DNA of 64,000 bases from an uncultured Clostridia bacterium (GTDB lineage Bacteria; Bacillota; Clostridia; TANB77; CAG-508): positions 70,234 through 134,233 of the forward strand of contig CALXLF010000004.1 in NCBI GenBank assembly GCA_944389125.1, given 5' to 3'. The translations under genes were made by a program, and so were the position numbers. Of the stretch, positions 10,165-18,861 are shown piece after piece; within the stretch, counting starts at the first letter, position 1, and each line of letters opens with the position of its first letter. The notes beneath the pieces were generated by a model, which saw only the letters and a list, made by a program, of their open reading frames with translations, was not told the DNA's origin and did not search any database.

Positions 10165-11190
10165 CTAGAAACAGATTGACAAGTCATCCTGAAAAATACT
10201 TCTTTTATGATTATTACGGTTAACGATCATTTCTATCTGAGCAGTTTTTCCTTTAGAAAGCATTTCCAAAAACTTATACTGTTCAGGCTCATAAAGTTCT
10301 CCAAAGTATCTTAGGCCATCACTAGCTACTCCCACATTGACATATTTATCTTTAGGATAGCGAGATACTTTAAAGTCTACACCTTCCTTATAATCAGAAA
10401 GCTTTTCAGGGTTAATCCAATTATAAATGTAGTATGCCGGAAATTCTCCATCATCGAGTTTTTCAAAAGCAATTCCATCAGCATCTTCTGTGATAATATA
10501 ACCATCTCCACAGCTATAAACCACAAATTCATCTTCGTATTCAAGACAAGCTAAAATTGTAAAACAGTAATTTTCGAAGATAAATGCTGTATCACTGCAG
10601 AGATATAACATGTTTTCCAGAACTGCATTTACAATTCCTGTAAATGCCTCTTCAGGAATTTCTCCATTCTCGATATGTGCTGCAAGATCATTCATGTCTT
10701 TTCCTACCACATATTTTTTTGTTCTTGCAACATTTTTTGTTTTAACACACTCCATGAATTTTACAACTTCTCGAGAAAAAAGCTGACCAAAAAGTCTTGT
10801 CCCCACTTCAGAATGCTTTCCTGAACCGCATCCGTCAGTAATAACCTTTAAGTTCATAAAACTAAATGCAAAATCCTGATTATTAACATTGCATCTAGTG
10901 TGCTCTACTCCAACTTTACTTACTTTTACAGTTTTCCTAGGAGCAAGCTTTTTCTCATCAGTATTGTCAGTTTCTTTAGATGATGTCTCAGCTTTTTCCG
11001 GAACAGACTGTTTATCAGTTTCCGATGCTGTAGATGCATTCTGAACAGGTTTTGATGATGTTTCTCCTTCTTTGATTTTAGAAGAATTATCATCATTTTT
11101 TGGAGTTTTATCTCCAGATTCAACTGGGATTTCTACTCCTTTTCCTTTCCGAACTCCTGCTCCTAATAAACCAGTATTAAATATATTCAT
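10165..11190 (-). CDS. PP2C-family Ser/Thr phosphatase with a low-complexity S/T/E/K-rich N-terminus (YegK/PphC-like)
   Basis: ITDGCGSGKHSEVG and later GVASDGL motifs typical of bacterial PP2C. A start at MNIFNTG has a gagaggag RBS. Confidence 0.55.
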   Translation of the reverse strand: MNIFNTGLLGAGVRKGKGVEIPVESGDKTPKNDDNSSKIKEGETSSKPVQNASTASETDKQSVPEKAETSSKETDNTDEKKLAPRKTVKVSKVGVEHTRCNVNNQDFAFSFMNLKVITDGCGSGKHSEVGTRLFGQLFSREVVKFMECVKTKNVARTKKYVVGKDMNDLAAHIENGEIPEEAFTGIVNAVLENMLYLCSDTAFIFENYCFTILACLEYEDEFVVYSCGDGYIITEDADGIAFEKLDDGEFPAYYIYNWINPEKLSDYKEGVDFKVSRYPKDKYVNVGVASDGLRYFGELYEPEQYKFLEMLSKGKTAQIEMIVNRNNHKRSIFQDDLSICF

Positions 11191-11213
11191 GACTTTTCTC
11201 CTCTCAATCAAGA

Positions 11214-11244
11214 AGGAGGTCGCAGTGCGGCCTCCTTCTGAATC
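11214..11244. other. GC-rich 13-bp stem-loop (gaaggaggtcgca g tgcggcctccttc) in the vWA-PP2C intercistronic gap; no U-tract
   Basis: Near-perfect inverted repeat, strongly GC-rich relative to the surrounding sequence. Confidence 0.5.
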
Positions 11245-11275
11245 AAAGTTAATAGTTACTTACAGGTTCTAATTA

Positions 11276-11992
11276 TTATACATCAAAGAAGCCAGTGTCT
11301 CCGCCACCAAGACCTGCGCTCGCTCTCTTGGAAGCGGAAATTGCACTCTTGGAAACCATGTTCAAAGCCTCCCGTAGACCATGTTCATCTTTGGAATAGT
11401 CTTTTACATTTTCAGGTTTTACCCCAAGGCTCTGTGCAATTCCTTTGGCATCTTCACCAAAAGCGATGAAAGCCACAGCAACTTCGCGTTTGCGAAGATC
11501 TTCGATTGCTCTCCTCGCATCAGCATCGGAAGCTTTGGAGCAGTTATTCCATCCATCAGACAGAATGACAAGGCAACCACGCGGTGTACCACCGTTGTCA
11601 CGAATCTGATCCATGTAATCAACAATCAGTTTCCGTCCAGCGATGATTGAATCATTAAGAGCAGTCATTCCGGATGTTGTGTAACTACAGTCAAAATCTT
11701 CGGGTTTCACAAATCCGCCGATATCTACGCTGCTTCCGAAAGTAATCTTTGCTGTCAGCATCTCGTCTGCCTGTTTGGAACCTAAAATAGCACTCTGGAA
11801 ATTCTTGAGGCAGTCACTCATAACACCGTTATACTCATATTCATCCATAGAATCGCTTTTGTCAATGTCCACGACACACAGATACGGTGTCGCTGTATCC
11901 AGCTCTTCTACGTCCACATTCTGATTCAAGGCATCCTCATAACCGTCGATTTCAATAGTATCTAAGTTGTAATCATCATTTTTCATTGTCAT
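11276..11992 (-). CDS. von Willebrand factor A (vWA) domain protein with a MIDAS motif (TerY/YegL-like)
   Basis: DxSxS MIDAS (VVDIDKSDSM), then downstream T and D motifs (LSDGWNN). Confidence 0.7.
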   Translation of the reverse strand: MTMKNDDYNLDTIEIDGYEDALNQNVDVEELDTATPYLCVVDIDKSDSMDEYEYNGVMSDCLKNFQSAILGSKQADEMLTAKITFGSSVDIGGFVKPEDFDCSYTTSGMTALNDSIIAGRKLIVDYMDQIRDNGGTPRGCLVILSDGWNNCSKASDADARRAIEDLRKREVAVAFIAFGEDAKGIAQSLGVKPENVKDYSKDEHGLREALNMVSKSAISASKRASAGLGGGDTGFFDV

Positions 11993-11999
11993 TTCCTCC

Positions 12000-12938
12000 T
12001 TAAACTAACTGAATATCTGTTGACTTTGCAAACTTAATACCATAAGTACGTTTGAAATTATCAAACGCATCTCTGGTAAGCTGCTCACACCCAGTGATCG
12101 GAGACGTGCAGTCTTCCAAAATTGTAATTTTGGTAGTAATCTCCGGACGAGTTGCATACTCTTCCGCAATCTGTTTTACACTTTCCATCAAGCAGTGACT
12201 AGCCGCTTCGCCGACAACGTAAATCTCATCGTACTGCTGGAAAGCATTTAAAACACGCGTATTCTTAAGATTTCTCTTAGAATACTCCGGACGAATGATG
12301 CCATACATCTCGGAATAGAAATCTGTTCCTTTGTGAATGATTCGCGGAATAGTCTTCCTTGCTGCCGCATGGAAATACACCATCTTTGCGAATTCATTCT
12401 CCAGGTCAAATCCTTCCGTACCATGAATGCAATGGTACGTCCAGATACAGAGTCTTTTCTTTGCCTGTTTCTCCAGTTCCTGAAGATAAGTCAAAGAATC
12501 CACCGGATTACCGTACACCGGTCTCCAAATACCATTGCTTACGTCATCGTACGTAATTTCCGTATACGGAGCAGGATTTTCACCATCTGCATTTTCCCAC
12601 CACGACGGGAAAAAAATGTGGAACGGATAGTGTGTGTCCATAGAGCACATGATATCCGTAATCCCTTCCATGTTGTTATAGATGAACTTAGTCATTCTTT
12701 CAACATCTCCAAGGGATCCCGGAACTCCAAGTGCTCCGCCTTCCATAAAATCCTTTTGCACATCAATGCAAAGAAGGAGTCTTCTTACAGAATCTCTACC
12801 ATTCGGTGTCAGCTTTTCCTGAAGTGCAAGATCAATGAGTCCAGGCTGTCCATTGAAATCCACCTTTCCGTGTTCTCCGATTTGTGATAAGTTCACAATC
12901 TGATCATAACTTGTCTTTAATGACATAACAAACCCCAC
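12000..12938 (-). CDS. pncA: Nicotinamidase/pyrazinamidase (isochorismatase-fold cysteine hydrolase) with N-terminal and internal extensions (312 aa)
   Basis: LLLCIDVQKDFMEGGALGVPGS matches the PncA IDVQNDF..GGSL motif, and VVGEAASHCLMESV carries the catalytic Cys. It is followed 7 nt later by the vWA gene, so the two are probably co-operonic. Confidence 0.7.
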   Translation of the reverse strand: MGFVMSLKTSYDQIVNLSQIGEHGKVDFNGQPGLIDLALQEKLTPNGRDSVRRLLLCIDVQKDFMEGGALGVPGSLGDVERMTKFIYNNMEGITDIMCSMDTHYPFHIFFPSWWENADGENPAPYTEITYDDVSNGIWRPVYGNPVDSLTYLQELEKQAKKRLCIWTYHCIHGTEGFDLENEFAKMVYFHAAARKTIPRIIHKGTDFYSEMYGIIRPEYSKRNLKNTRVLNAFQQYDEIYVVGEAASHCLMESVKQIAEEYATRPEITTKITILEDCTSPITGCEQLTRDAFDNFKRTYGIKFAKSTDIQLV

Positions 12939-12946
12939 TTTCTTAT

Positions 12947-13075
12947 TAACTTTTCAATTTACAGTTACTCATGTCAATTGACATAAATATTTTCTCATTC
13001 CTCATAAAGTCCTCCTTAAATGCTATGAGTATAATATTTTGAGTAAATATCTAATTATTGACATGTCTTATATTT
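12947..13075 (-). promoter_or_regulatory. Leader of the pncA operon: TTTACA-17-TAAAAT promoter, AAGGAGGA RBS and a 19-codon uORF (MRNEKIFMSIDMSNCKLKS, 12947..13006) containing the perfect palindrome TGTCAATTGACA (12973..12984); about 80% identical to the leader at 14206..14348
   Basis: Direct comparison of the two upstream regions; the uORF stop lies 8-20 nt from the pncA start. Confidence 0.55.
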
Positions 13076-13142
13076 TAACATGATTTTAATAATTTGTAAA
13101 CACTTTATGTATATTTTAGAAATAAAATCTAAGAAAACAAGG

Positions 13143-13180
13143 AAAATGAGTATAGAGTTTTAGCAACTCTATACTCATCT
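13143..13180 (-). terminator. Rho-independent terminator downstream of 13228..14172 (gagtatagagtt..aactctatactc plus a T-run on the minus strand)
   Basis: 12-bp inverted repeat plus U-tract. Confidence 0.65.
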
Positions 13181-13227
13181 TCTATAAAACTATATTAAAT
13201 GTGAATCTATACAATCCCGCAAATACA

Positions 13228-14172
13228 TTAGACAGAATAAACTTTATCTAACTGATTGTAGACATACATTTTAAATGCCTCTTTCCAATTGCGGTAATCT
13301 TCCGGCTCTTTTGGATACTCGCCACCTATATTGGTATTAAGTGCTTCATAAAAAGCTTTTACTTTTGTAATCATATCTGCATTGAATACAAAATCCTTTA
13401 ACTCTTCCTCAGAAGCATCCACTTTCCAATAAAAGCCATCAGGTGCATATACATCAACATCATACATCAGTGCTGGCTGACCATCTTTACCAAAAAACTT
13501 ATCGCTGTATCCAAGGCACTTTGCCTGGTACTTGTTTCCTGTAAGAAGTAGCACTTCTTTTTCTTCTGGTTTTAAATAGTCTTTGCCAAAACGAACCATG
13601 TCAAGAACAACTGCACCTTCATGGAAATGGAACTTGCAGATTGCAAGCTTATTTTTGTTTCCATATCCAAGAGCTACAATCTCTTCCACTGTAGCCTTTG
13701 TTGAACTCTGAAGAGCATCGATATAATCAAACTTTCCCTCAGGAGTCTCGGATATTTCTGTCTGCCTACATGCTCTTACAGTATCATACTTAATCTCTTC
13801 ACCATCATTGGCAAATACAAACAGTAGCACTATCATGTCAGCGATTTTCTGAAGTCCTATCTCAGATATCAGCCCTGGTGTCTGCTTTTTACCTTCACTG
13901 AATCTCATAAACTCAGCATTATCATTTCCCATCAAAGTGTTAATTGTTTCATATGCCTTTCCAGCCTTTACAGTTTCTTCATCAAAATCTTTGTCTGTAA
14001 TGAATTTTCCGTCCGGATTTCCGACATAATATCTTTGAGCAGATATTATATCATCAGAAACTGTTCTTGCAAAAAAAGCAATGTTAGCTCTGCTTATTGA
14101 TTTTTGCAAAGCTTCTTTACCTGCATTAGTGTGTAAAAGATCAATAAGTACTTCTTTGTTAATTTTGCTCAT
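13228..14172 (-). CDS. Hypothetical 314-aa soluble protein, transcribed from a leader nearly identical to that of pncA (probably the same regulon)
   Basis: Intact ORF with an RBS; no recognisable motif; shares the leader, uORF and palindrome with pncA. Confidence 0.5.
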   Translation of the reverse strand: MSKINKEVLIDLLHTNAGKEALQKSISRANIAFFARTVSDDIISAQRYYVGNPDGKFITDKDFDEETVKAGKAYETINTLMGNDNAEFMRFSEGKKQTPGLISEIGLQKIADMIVLLFVFANDGEEIKYDTVRACRQTEISETPEGKFDYIDALQSSTKATVEEIVALGYGNKNKLAICKFHFHEGAVVLDMVRFGKDYLKPEEKEVLLLTGNKYQAKCLGYSDKFFGKDGQPALMYDVDVYAPDGFYWKVDASEEELKDFVFNADMITKVKAFYEALNTNIGGEYPKEPEDYRNWKEAFKMYVYNQLDKVYSV

Positions 14173-14205
14173 ACAAAGCCTCCTAAAATGAATATAGTTT
14201 ACGTG

Positions 14206-14348
14206 TTACTTTGCTGTCAATTGACTTAAAATATTTACCTCAATTCTCATATGGTCCTCCTTTATTGCCACGAGATAATATTTTGCTTGCAAACATTTAT
14301 AAGTTCAAATAACGGTAATTATTATATCATCTTTTGTATTATTGTCAA
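14206..14348 (-). promoter_or_regulatory. Leader of 13228..14172: TTGACA-16-TATAAT promoter (14321..14348), AAGGAGGA RBS and a 14-codon uORF (MRIEVNILSQLTAK, 14206..14250) containing the palindrome GTCAATTGAC (14216..14225)
   Basis: Near-consensus sigma-A boxes; about 75 nt are conserved with the pncA leader. Confidence 0.55.
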
Positions 14349-14498
14349 TTAAATCAAATTTATACAAGAATAATATCTTGGTATTTGTTAACATAATTTC
14401 GTTGACTGATTGCTAGTTTTGTGGTAAAATTAACATGTTTCTATGCTCCCGCAAGAGCATGTTTTAACATTTTTATTATTTAAAGGAGGGTCATAATT

Positions 14499-16064
14499 AT
14501 GACAACTAAAAAAGCAAACAAATCAAACTGGGAGATCCCAACAAAGCCGTTTAAACCCGATTACAATTATAGGAACAACGTTTTAAACATGGATTTCTAT
14601 GAGCTTCGAATGGCCGAAGGATACTTTAAACTTGGACTTCAAAATGTAAAAGGTATTTTTGATATCTTTTTCAGAAAGAATCCGGCGCCCAAAGGCAAAG
14701 TTTCAGGGTATACAATTGCTTGTGGGCAGGAACAGTTGGCAAAATTTCTTCAGAACTACCACTTTGATGAACATGCTCTTAATTACCTTTACTACAAAGA
14801 GTTTGATATTGATTTCATCAAATATCTTTCCACATATAAGTGGAATGGAACAATGCTGGCAATGCCTGAAGGAACTATCTGCTATCCGAATGAGCCTGTA
14901 ATCCGTATTGAGTGCGATGTTGTCGGCGCATTTCTTATTGAGACATATGCACTTCAGACTTTTAACCTTAATTCTCTTATAGCTACAAAAGCTACACATA
15001 TCGTTCGTGCAGCTGACGGCAGAGATGTTATGGAATTTGGAGGACGTAGAGCTCAGGGAGAAGCAGCAAGCCTTTATGGTGCAAGAGCGGCAATTATTGG
15101 AGGTTGTTCTGCTACAGCAAACTGTCTGGCTGAAGCTGTTTTTGGTCCAGATGTTCCGGCAGTTGGAACAATGAGCCATGCATGGGTTGAAAGTTATCCA
15201 AGTGAATTAGATGCTTTTAGAGCATGGGCAGAAGTAAACCCAACAGGAGTGTCACTCCTTGTTGACACATACAATGCTCTTAAGCGTGGTATTCCAAATG
15301 TTATCGCTTTAGATAATGAACTTCAACATACTCATCCAAAAAGCCCTGAATTTTGGGTGAAGAGTATACGCTTGGACAGTGGCGACCTTGCTTATCAGGC
15401 AAAAAAGGCAAGAAAAATGTTGGATAATGCTGGAAAACAGCATATCAAAATCATTGCTTCTAACAGTCTTGATGAAGACTCTATAAGAAGCTTGATTTAT
15501 GAGCAGAAAGCACCCATCGATTCTTTTGGTGTTGGTGAAAAACTCATCACATCTGCGGACTGCCCTGTTCTTGGTGGAGTTTACAAACTTACTTCTTTAA
15601 ACCGTTCTAACATATGGGAAGCTTCTTTGGATGATGAATGGACACCTCGTATGAAGTGTTCTGATTCGCTCGAAAAAGCAATCATCCCTGGAAAAAAGAT
15701 GGTTTACAGAATGTATGATGAAGAAGGAAAAGCCAGCACAGATATCATTGCAATGGATGACGAGGTAATCGAAGTAGGCAAAAAGATTAAAGTTTATACA
15801 ACAGATCTTACTGATGCCACTAAGGAGTATGAAATCACTCCTGAAAACTTTAAGCCTCTTCTTGTTCCGTTCATTGTTAATGGTGAAGTTGTACGCGAAT
15901 TTCCAACAGTCAAAGAAATCCGTGCATATGTGCAGGAGCAGTTTAGCACAGCTTGGGAATCTGAACTTCGTTCTTCCAATCCGCATATTCATTATGTGGA
16001 TATGACGGAAAAAGTAGCCAAAACTCGTCAGGAGCTTTATCACAAGCTTCATGAACTGGTGTAA
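14499..16064 (+). CDS. pncB: Nicotinate phosphoribosyltransferase
   Basis: Full-length NAPRTase-family similarity (521 aa), divergently transcribed from the pncA-side genes. Confidence 0.7.
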   Translation: MTTKKANKSNWEIPTKPFKPDYNYRNNVLNMDFYELRMAEGYFKLGLQNVKGIFDIFFRKNPAPKGKVSGYTIACGQEQLAKFLQNYHFDEHALNYLYYKEFDIDFIKYLSTYKWNGTMLAMPEGTICYPNEPVIRIECDVVGAFLIETYALQTFNLNSLIATKATHIVRAADGRDVMEFGGRRAQGEAASLYGARAAIIGGCSATANCLAEAVFGPDVPAVGTMSHAWVESYPSELDAFRAWAEVNPTGVSLLVDTYNALKRGIPNVIALDNELQHTHPKSPEFWVKSIRLDSGDLAYQAKKARKMLDNAGKQHIKIIASNSLDEDSIRSLIYEQKAPIDSFGVGEKLITSADCPVLGGVYKLTSLNRSNIWEASLDDEWTPRMKCSDSLEKAIIPGKKMVYRMYDEEGKASTDIIAMDDEVIEVGKKIKVYTTDLTDATKEYEITPENFKPLLVPFIVNGEVVREFPTVKEIRAYVQEQFSTAWESELRSSNPHIHYVDMTEKVAKTRQELYHKLHELV

Positions 16065-16134
16065 CTTGTAGTAAAGTAGTAGAAGCCGGGTTAGCTTAAC
16101 AACCTAACCCGACTCCCTAAAAAGGAGGAATCTC

Positions 16135-18081
16135 ATGGACAATTATGGTTTTGTTAAATCTGCAATTGCCACTTTAAATGAAGGCAAACTTGCAGACCCT
16201 GATATTAATGAAAAGCAAATGGAAAAGCTTATTAATAAAGCTGAAATTGCTGGGGCTAAAATCATTGTTTTTCCCGAGTTATCTATGACAGGTTACACCT
16301 GTCAGGATCTGTTCGGATTTCAAAAACTATTGCATGATAGCAATGAAGCAGTAAAGAAGCTCCTAATATTTTCAAAAAAATCAGATCTTTTGATTCTGAT
16401 TGGAGCTCCTGTAACTGTAGACGATGCGCTTTACAATTGTGCAATCGCTATTCAAAATGGTAACATTTTGGGAATTGTTCCAAAACAATACTTACCGAAT
16501 TACGGTGAGTTTTATGAAAAACGCTGGTTTAAAGCATACACAGATTTTTCTAAGACAACCATTTCTTTTCTTGGAAAGGAAGTTCCTTTTGGAAACTTAA
16601 TTTTTACTTCAAGTTTAGGATATAAGCTTGGAGTAGAAATCTGTGAAGATCTTTGGGCTGTTATTCCGCCAAGTTCTTATTTGAGTTTAGCTGGTGCAAA
16701 TATTATTGCAAACCTTTCCTCAAGCAATGAACTTGTTGGAAAAAATGAGTATCGTAAAGAACTTGTAAGTAGCCAAAGCTCAAGGACAATTGCTGGGTAC
16801 TTGTATGTTTCTACCGGATTTGCTGAATCAACAAGCGATCTTGTTTTTGGCGGAAGTGGATATATCTTTGAAAATGGAAAAGAACTTGCTTCTTTAAAAC
16901 GTTATAGCATTGATGATGAAATCGTATATGCTGACATCGACATTGAAGCAATCTCAAATGAAAGAAGATGGAACCAGACATTTTCTGCTTCTCAAAATAA
17001 AGTAGAATTTAATTTTACTGAAATTAAATTTAACCAGACTTTTGAAAACTTAAATGTAGTTGGTTTATCAAGAAAGATTAATCCTCATCCATTTGTTCCA
17101 TCTGTTGATAATAACAGAAGAGCACAGGTCTGCAAAGAAATCTTAAGTATTCAGTCATCTGGTCTTGCCAAAAGACTTGACAGCACCGGTATCTCCAATG
17201 CCGTAATAGGTATTTCTGGAGGATTAGACTCAACTTTAGCTCTCATAGTAACATATGAAGCTTTTAAGAAATTAGGTCTTTCTACTTCAGGAATACTTGG
17301 AATCACAATGCCAGGTTTTGGAACGACAAAAAGGACCCATGGCAACTCTGTAAACATCTGCAAACAGATGAGCATATCTTTCAAAGAAATTGACATCAAA
17401 AAATCTTGTCTTCAGCATTTTGAGGATATTGGTCATGATCCTAAAATTCATGACATCACTTATGAAAATGTTCAAGCAAGAGAGAGAACGCAAATTCTGA
17501 TGGATATTGCCAATAAAAACGGAGGATTAGTCATCGGAACAGGCGATTTATCAGAGCTTGAAATCGGTTGGTGTACCTATAATGGAGACCACATGTCAAT
17601 GTATGGAGTTAACTGCTCTATTCCAAAGACATTGGTAAAATACCTGATTGAATGGTATGCTACTGATATAAGAAGCAAAAATGTCGAATTGTCTAACACT
17701 TTGTTAGATATAATCGATACGCCAATAAGTCCAGAATTACTTCCAACAAATGGAACAGAAGTAACTCAGAAAACTGAAGAAACTGTCGGAAAATATGAGC
17801 TCATCGATTTCTTCATTTACAATATGGAAAGAAAGAGATTTGACGGCGAAAAAATTGTATTCTTGGCTTACAATGCTTTTGATGGAAAATACAGTCAGGA
17901 AGAGATAATGTTTAGATGGAATGATTTTATCAGAAGGCATAGTAGAAACCAGTTTAAGAGGAATTGCTTACCTGATGGACCAAAAGTTGGTACTGTAAGT
18001 ATTTCTCCACGTGGTGATAAGCGTATGCCAGCAGATGTTGATCTTTCAATTTGGCAGGTTTTTCAAAAGTTTGATAAGTAA
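16135..18081 (+). CDS. nadE: Glutamine-dependent NAD+ synthetase (N-terminal CN-hydrolase/nitrilase domain plus C-terminal NAD synthetase domain)
   Basis: N-terminal carbon-nitrogen hydrolase domain (EICEDLW Cys). C-terminal PP-loop GISGGLDSTLAL. 648 aa. Confidence 0.85.
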   Translation: MDNYGFVKSAIATLNEGKLADPDINEKQMEKLINKAEIAGAKIIVFPELSMTGYTCQDLFGFQKLLHDSNEAVKKLLIFSKKSDLLILIGAPVTVDDALYNCAIAIQNGNILGIVPKQYLPNYGEFYEKRWFKAYTDFSKTTISFLGKEVPFGNLIFTSSLGYKLGVEICEDLWAVIPPSSYLSLAGANIIANLSSSNELVGKNEYRKELVSSQSSRTIAGYLYVSTGFAESTSDLVFGGSGYIFENGKELASLKRYSIDDEIVYADIDIEAISNERRWNQTFSASQNKVEFNFTEIKFNQTFENLNVVGLSRKINPHPFVPSVDNNRRAQVCKEILSIQSSGLAKRLDSTGISNAVIGISGGLDSTLALIVTYEAFKKLGLSTSGILGITMPGFGTTKRTHGNSVNICKQMSISFKEIDIKKSCLQHFEDIGHDPKIHDITYENVQARERTQILMDIANKNGGLVIGTGDLSELEIGWCTYNGDHMSMYGVNCSIPKTLVKYLIEWYATDIRSKNVELSNTLLDIIDTPISPELLPTNGTEVTQKTEETVGKYELIDFFIYNMERKRFDGEKIVFLAYNAFDGKYSQEEIMFRWNDFIRRHSRNQFKRNCLPDGPKVGTVSISPRGDKRMPADVDLSIWQVFQKFDK

Positions 18082-18138
18082 CTGTTAATTGTTTGCAAAA
18101 CGATAGTATGGCTAACATATTACCTAGAAAGGAATTTA

Positions 18139-18798
18139 ATGGAAAAATTATACAAAAATGGACTAATCATTGGAAGATTTTCTCCTGTGCATAAAGGACA
18201 CAACAAGCTTATAAATGAGTCACTGAAACGATGTAAAAGGACGCTTGTATTAGTTGGTTCTGCACAGGAATCTGGAACTCTTCGTAATCCACTGAATTTA
18301 AGCTTCAGGACCCAATTAATTAGAAAATGCTACCCTGGACTCACAGATCAAGCGCTCATGATTAGAGGAATTAATGACCTCAAAAATGAGCTCAACAACG
18401 ATTTTTCTTGGGGAGAATATGTTAAAACAAAAGTTATAAATTATATAGGTGATTTCACAGATTTAATAATCTATGGAAATGACCCTGTAAAAAGAACTTG
18501 GTTTAATCCCTCAGAAATTCCTGAAACTTATGAACTCTTTGTTCCAAGAGATGATATCTCAGGAACATATGTAAGAGGCTTAATTGTAATAAATGATGAA
18601 GCGGAATGGAAAAAGGTAACAATACCTTTTATTCACGACATGTATAACGAGATCAGAGATAAGATAATGAGCGTTCCTGTTTATCAGAAAATATATGCTC
18701 AGATCGAATCAGATCCAACCATTGAAAATTTCTTGGAAATTTATAAAAAATTTGAGAAAGAGGATTATTTAAGAAAACTTGCAAAATTAAAAAAATAA
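18139..18798 (+). CDS. nadM: Nicotinamide/nicotinate mononucleotide adenylyltransferase, NadM (archaeal-type) family
   Basis: GRFSPVHKGH (HxGH nucleotidyltransferase motif); LVGSAQ; 219 aa. Confidence 0.6.
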   Translation: MEKLYKNGLIIGRFSPVHKGHNKLINESLKRCKRTLVLVGSAQESGTLRNPLNLSFRTQLIRKCYPGLTDQALMIRGINDLKNELNNDFSWGEYVKTKVINYIGDFTDLIIYGNDPVKRTWFNPSEIPETYELFVPRDDISGTYVRGLIVINDEAEWKKVTIPFIHDMYNEIRDKIMSVPVYQKIYAQIESDPTIENFLEIYKKFEKEDYLRKLAKLKK

Positions 18799-18824
18799 AA
18801 AAACTAAATAGTCCGTAAATTCAA

Positions 18825-18860
18825 GAAATGCTGCCAGATTTTAAAATCTGGCAGCATTTC
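18825..18860. terminator. Bidirectional hairpin terminator (aaatgctgccagatttt / aaaatctggcagcattt)
   Basis: 17-bp inverted repeat between convergent genes. Confidence 0.7.
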
Positions 18861-18861
18861 T

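Noticed and set aside
377-15179. Antisense or embedded ORFs inside the SDR, AAA-M41, kinase/PP2C/vWA, pncA/pncB and other genes (e.g. 377..634, 2436..2813, 10926..11123, 11381..11650, 12333..12887, 14703..15179)
   Set aside because: They lie wholly inside longer ORFs with strong homology on the other strand or frame, have no RBS, and have low-complexity composition typical of AT-rich antisense frames.
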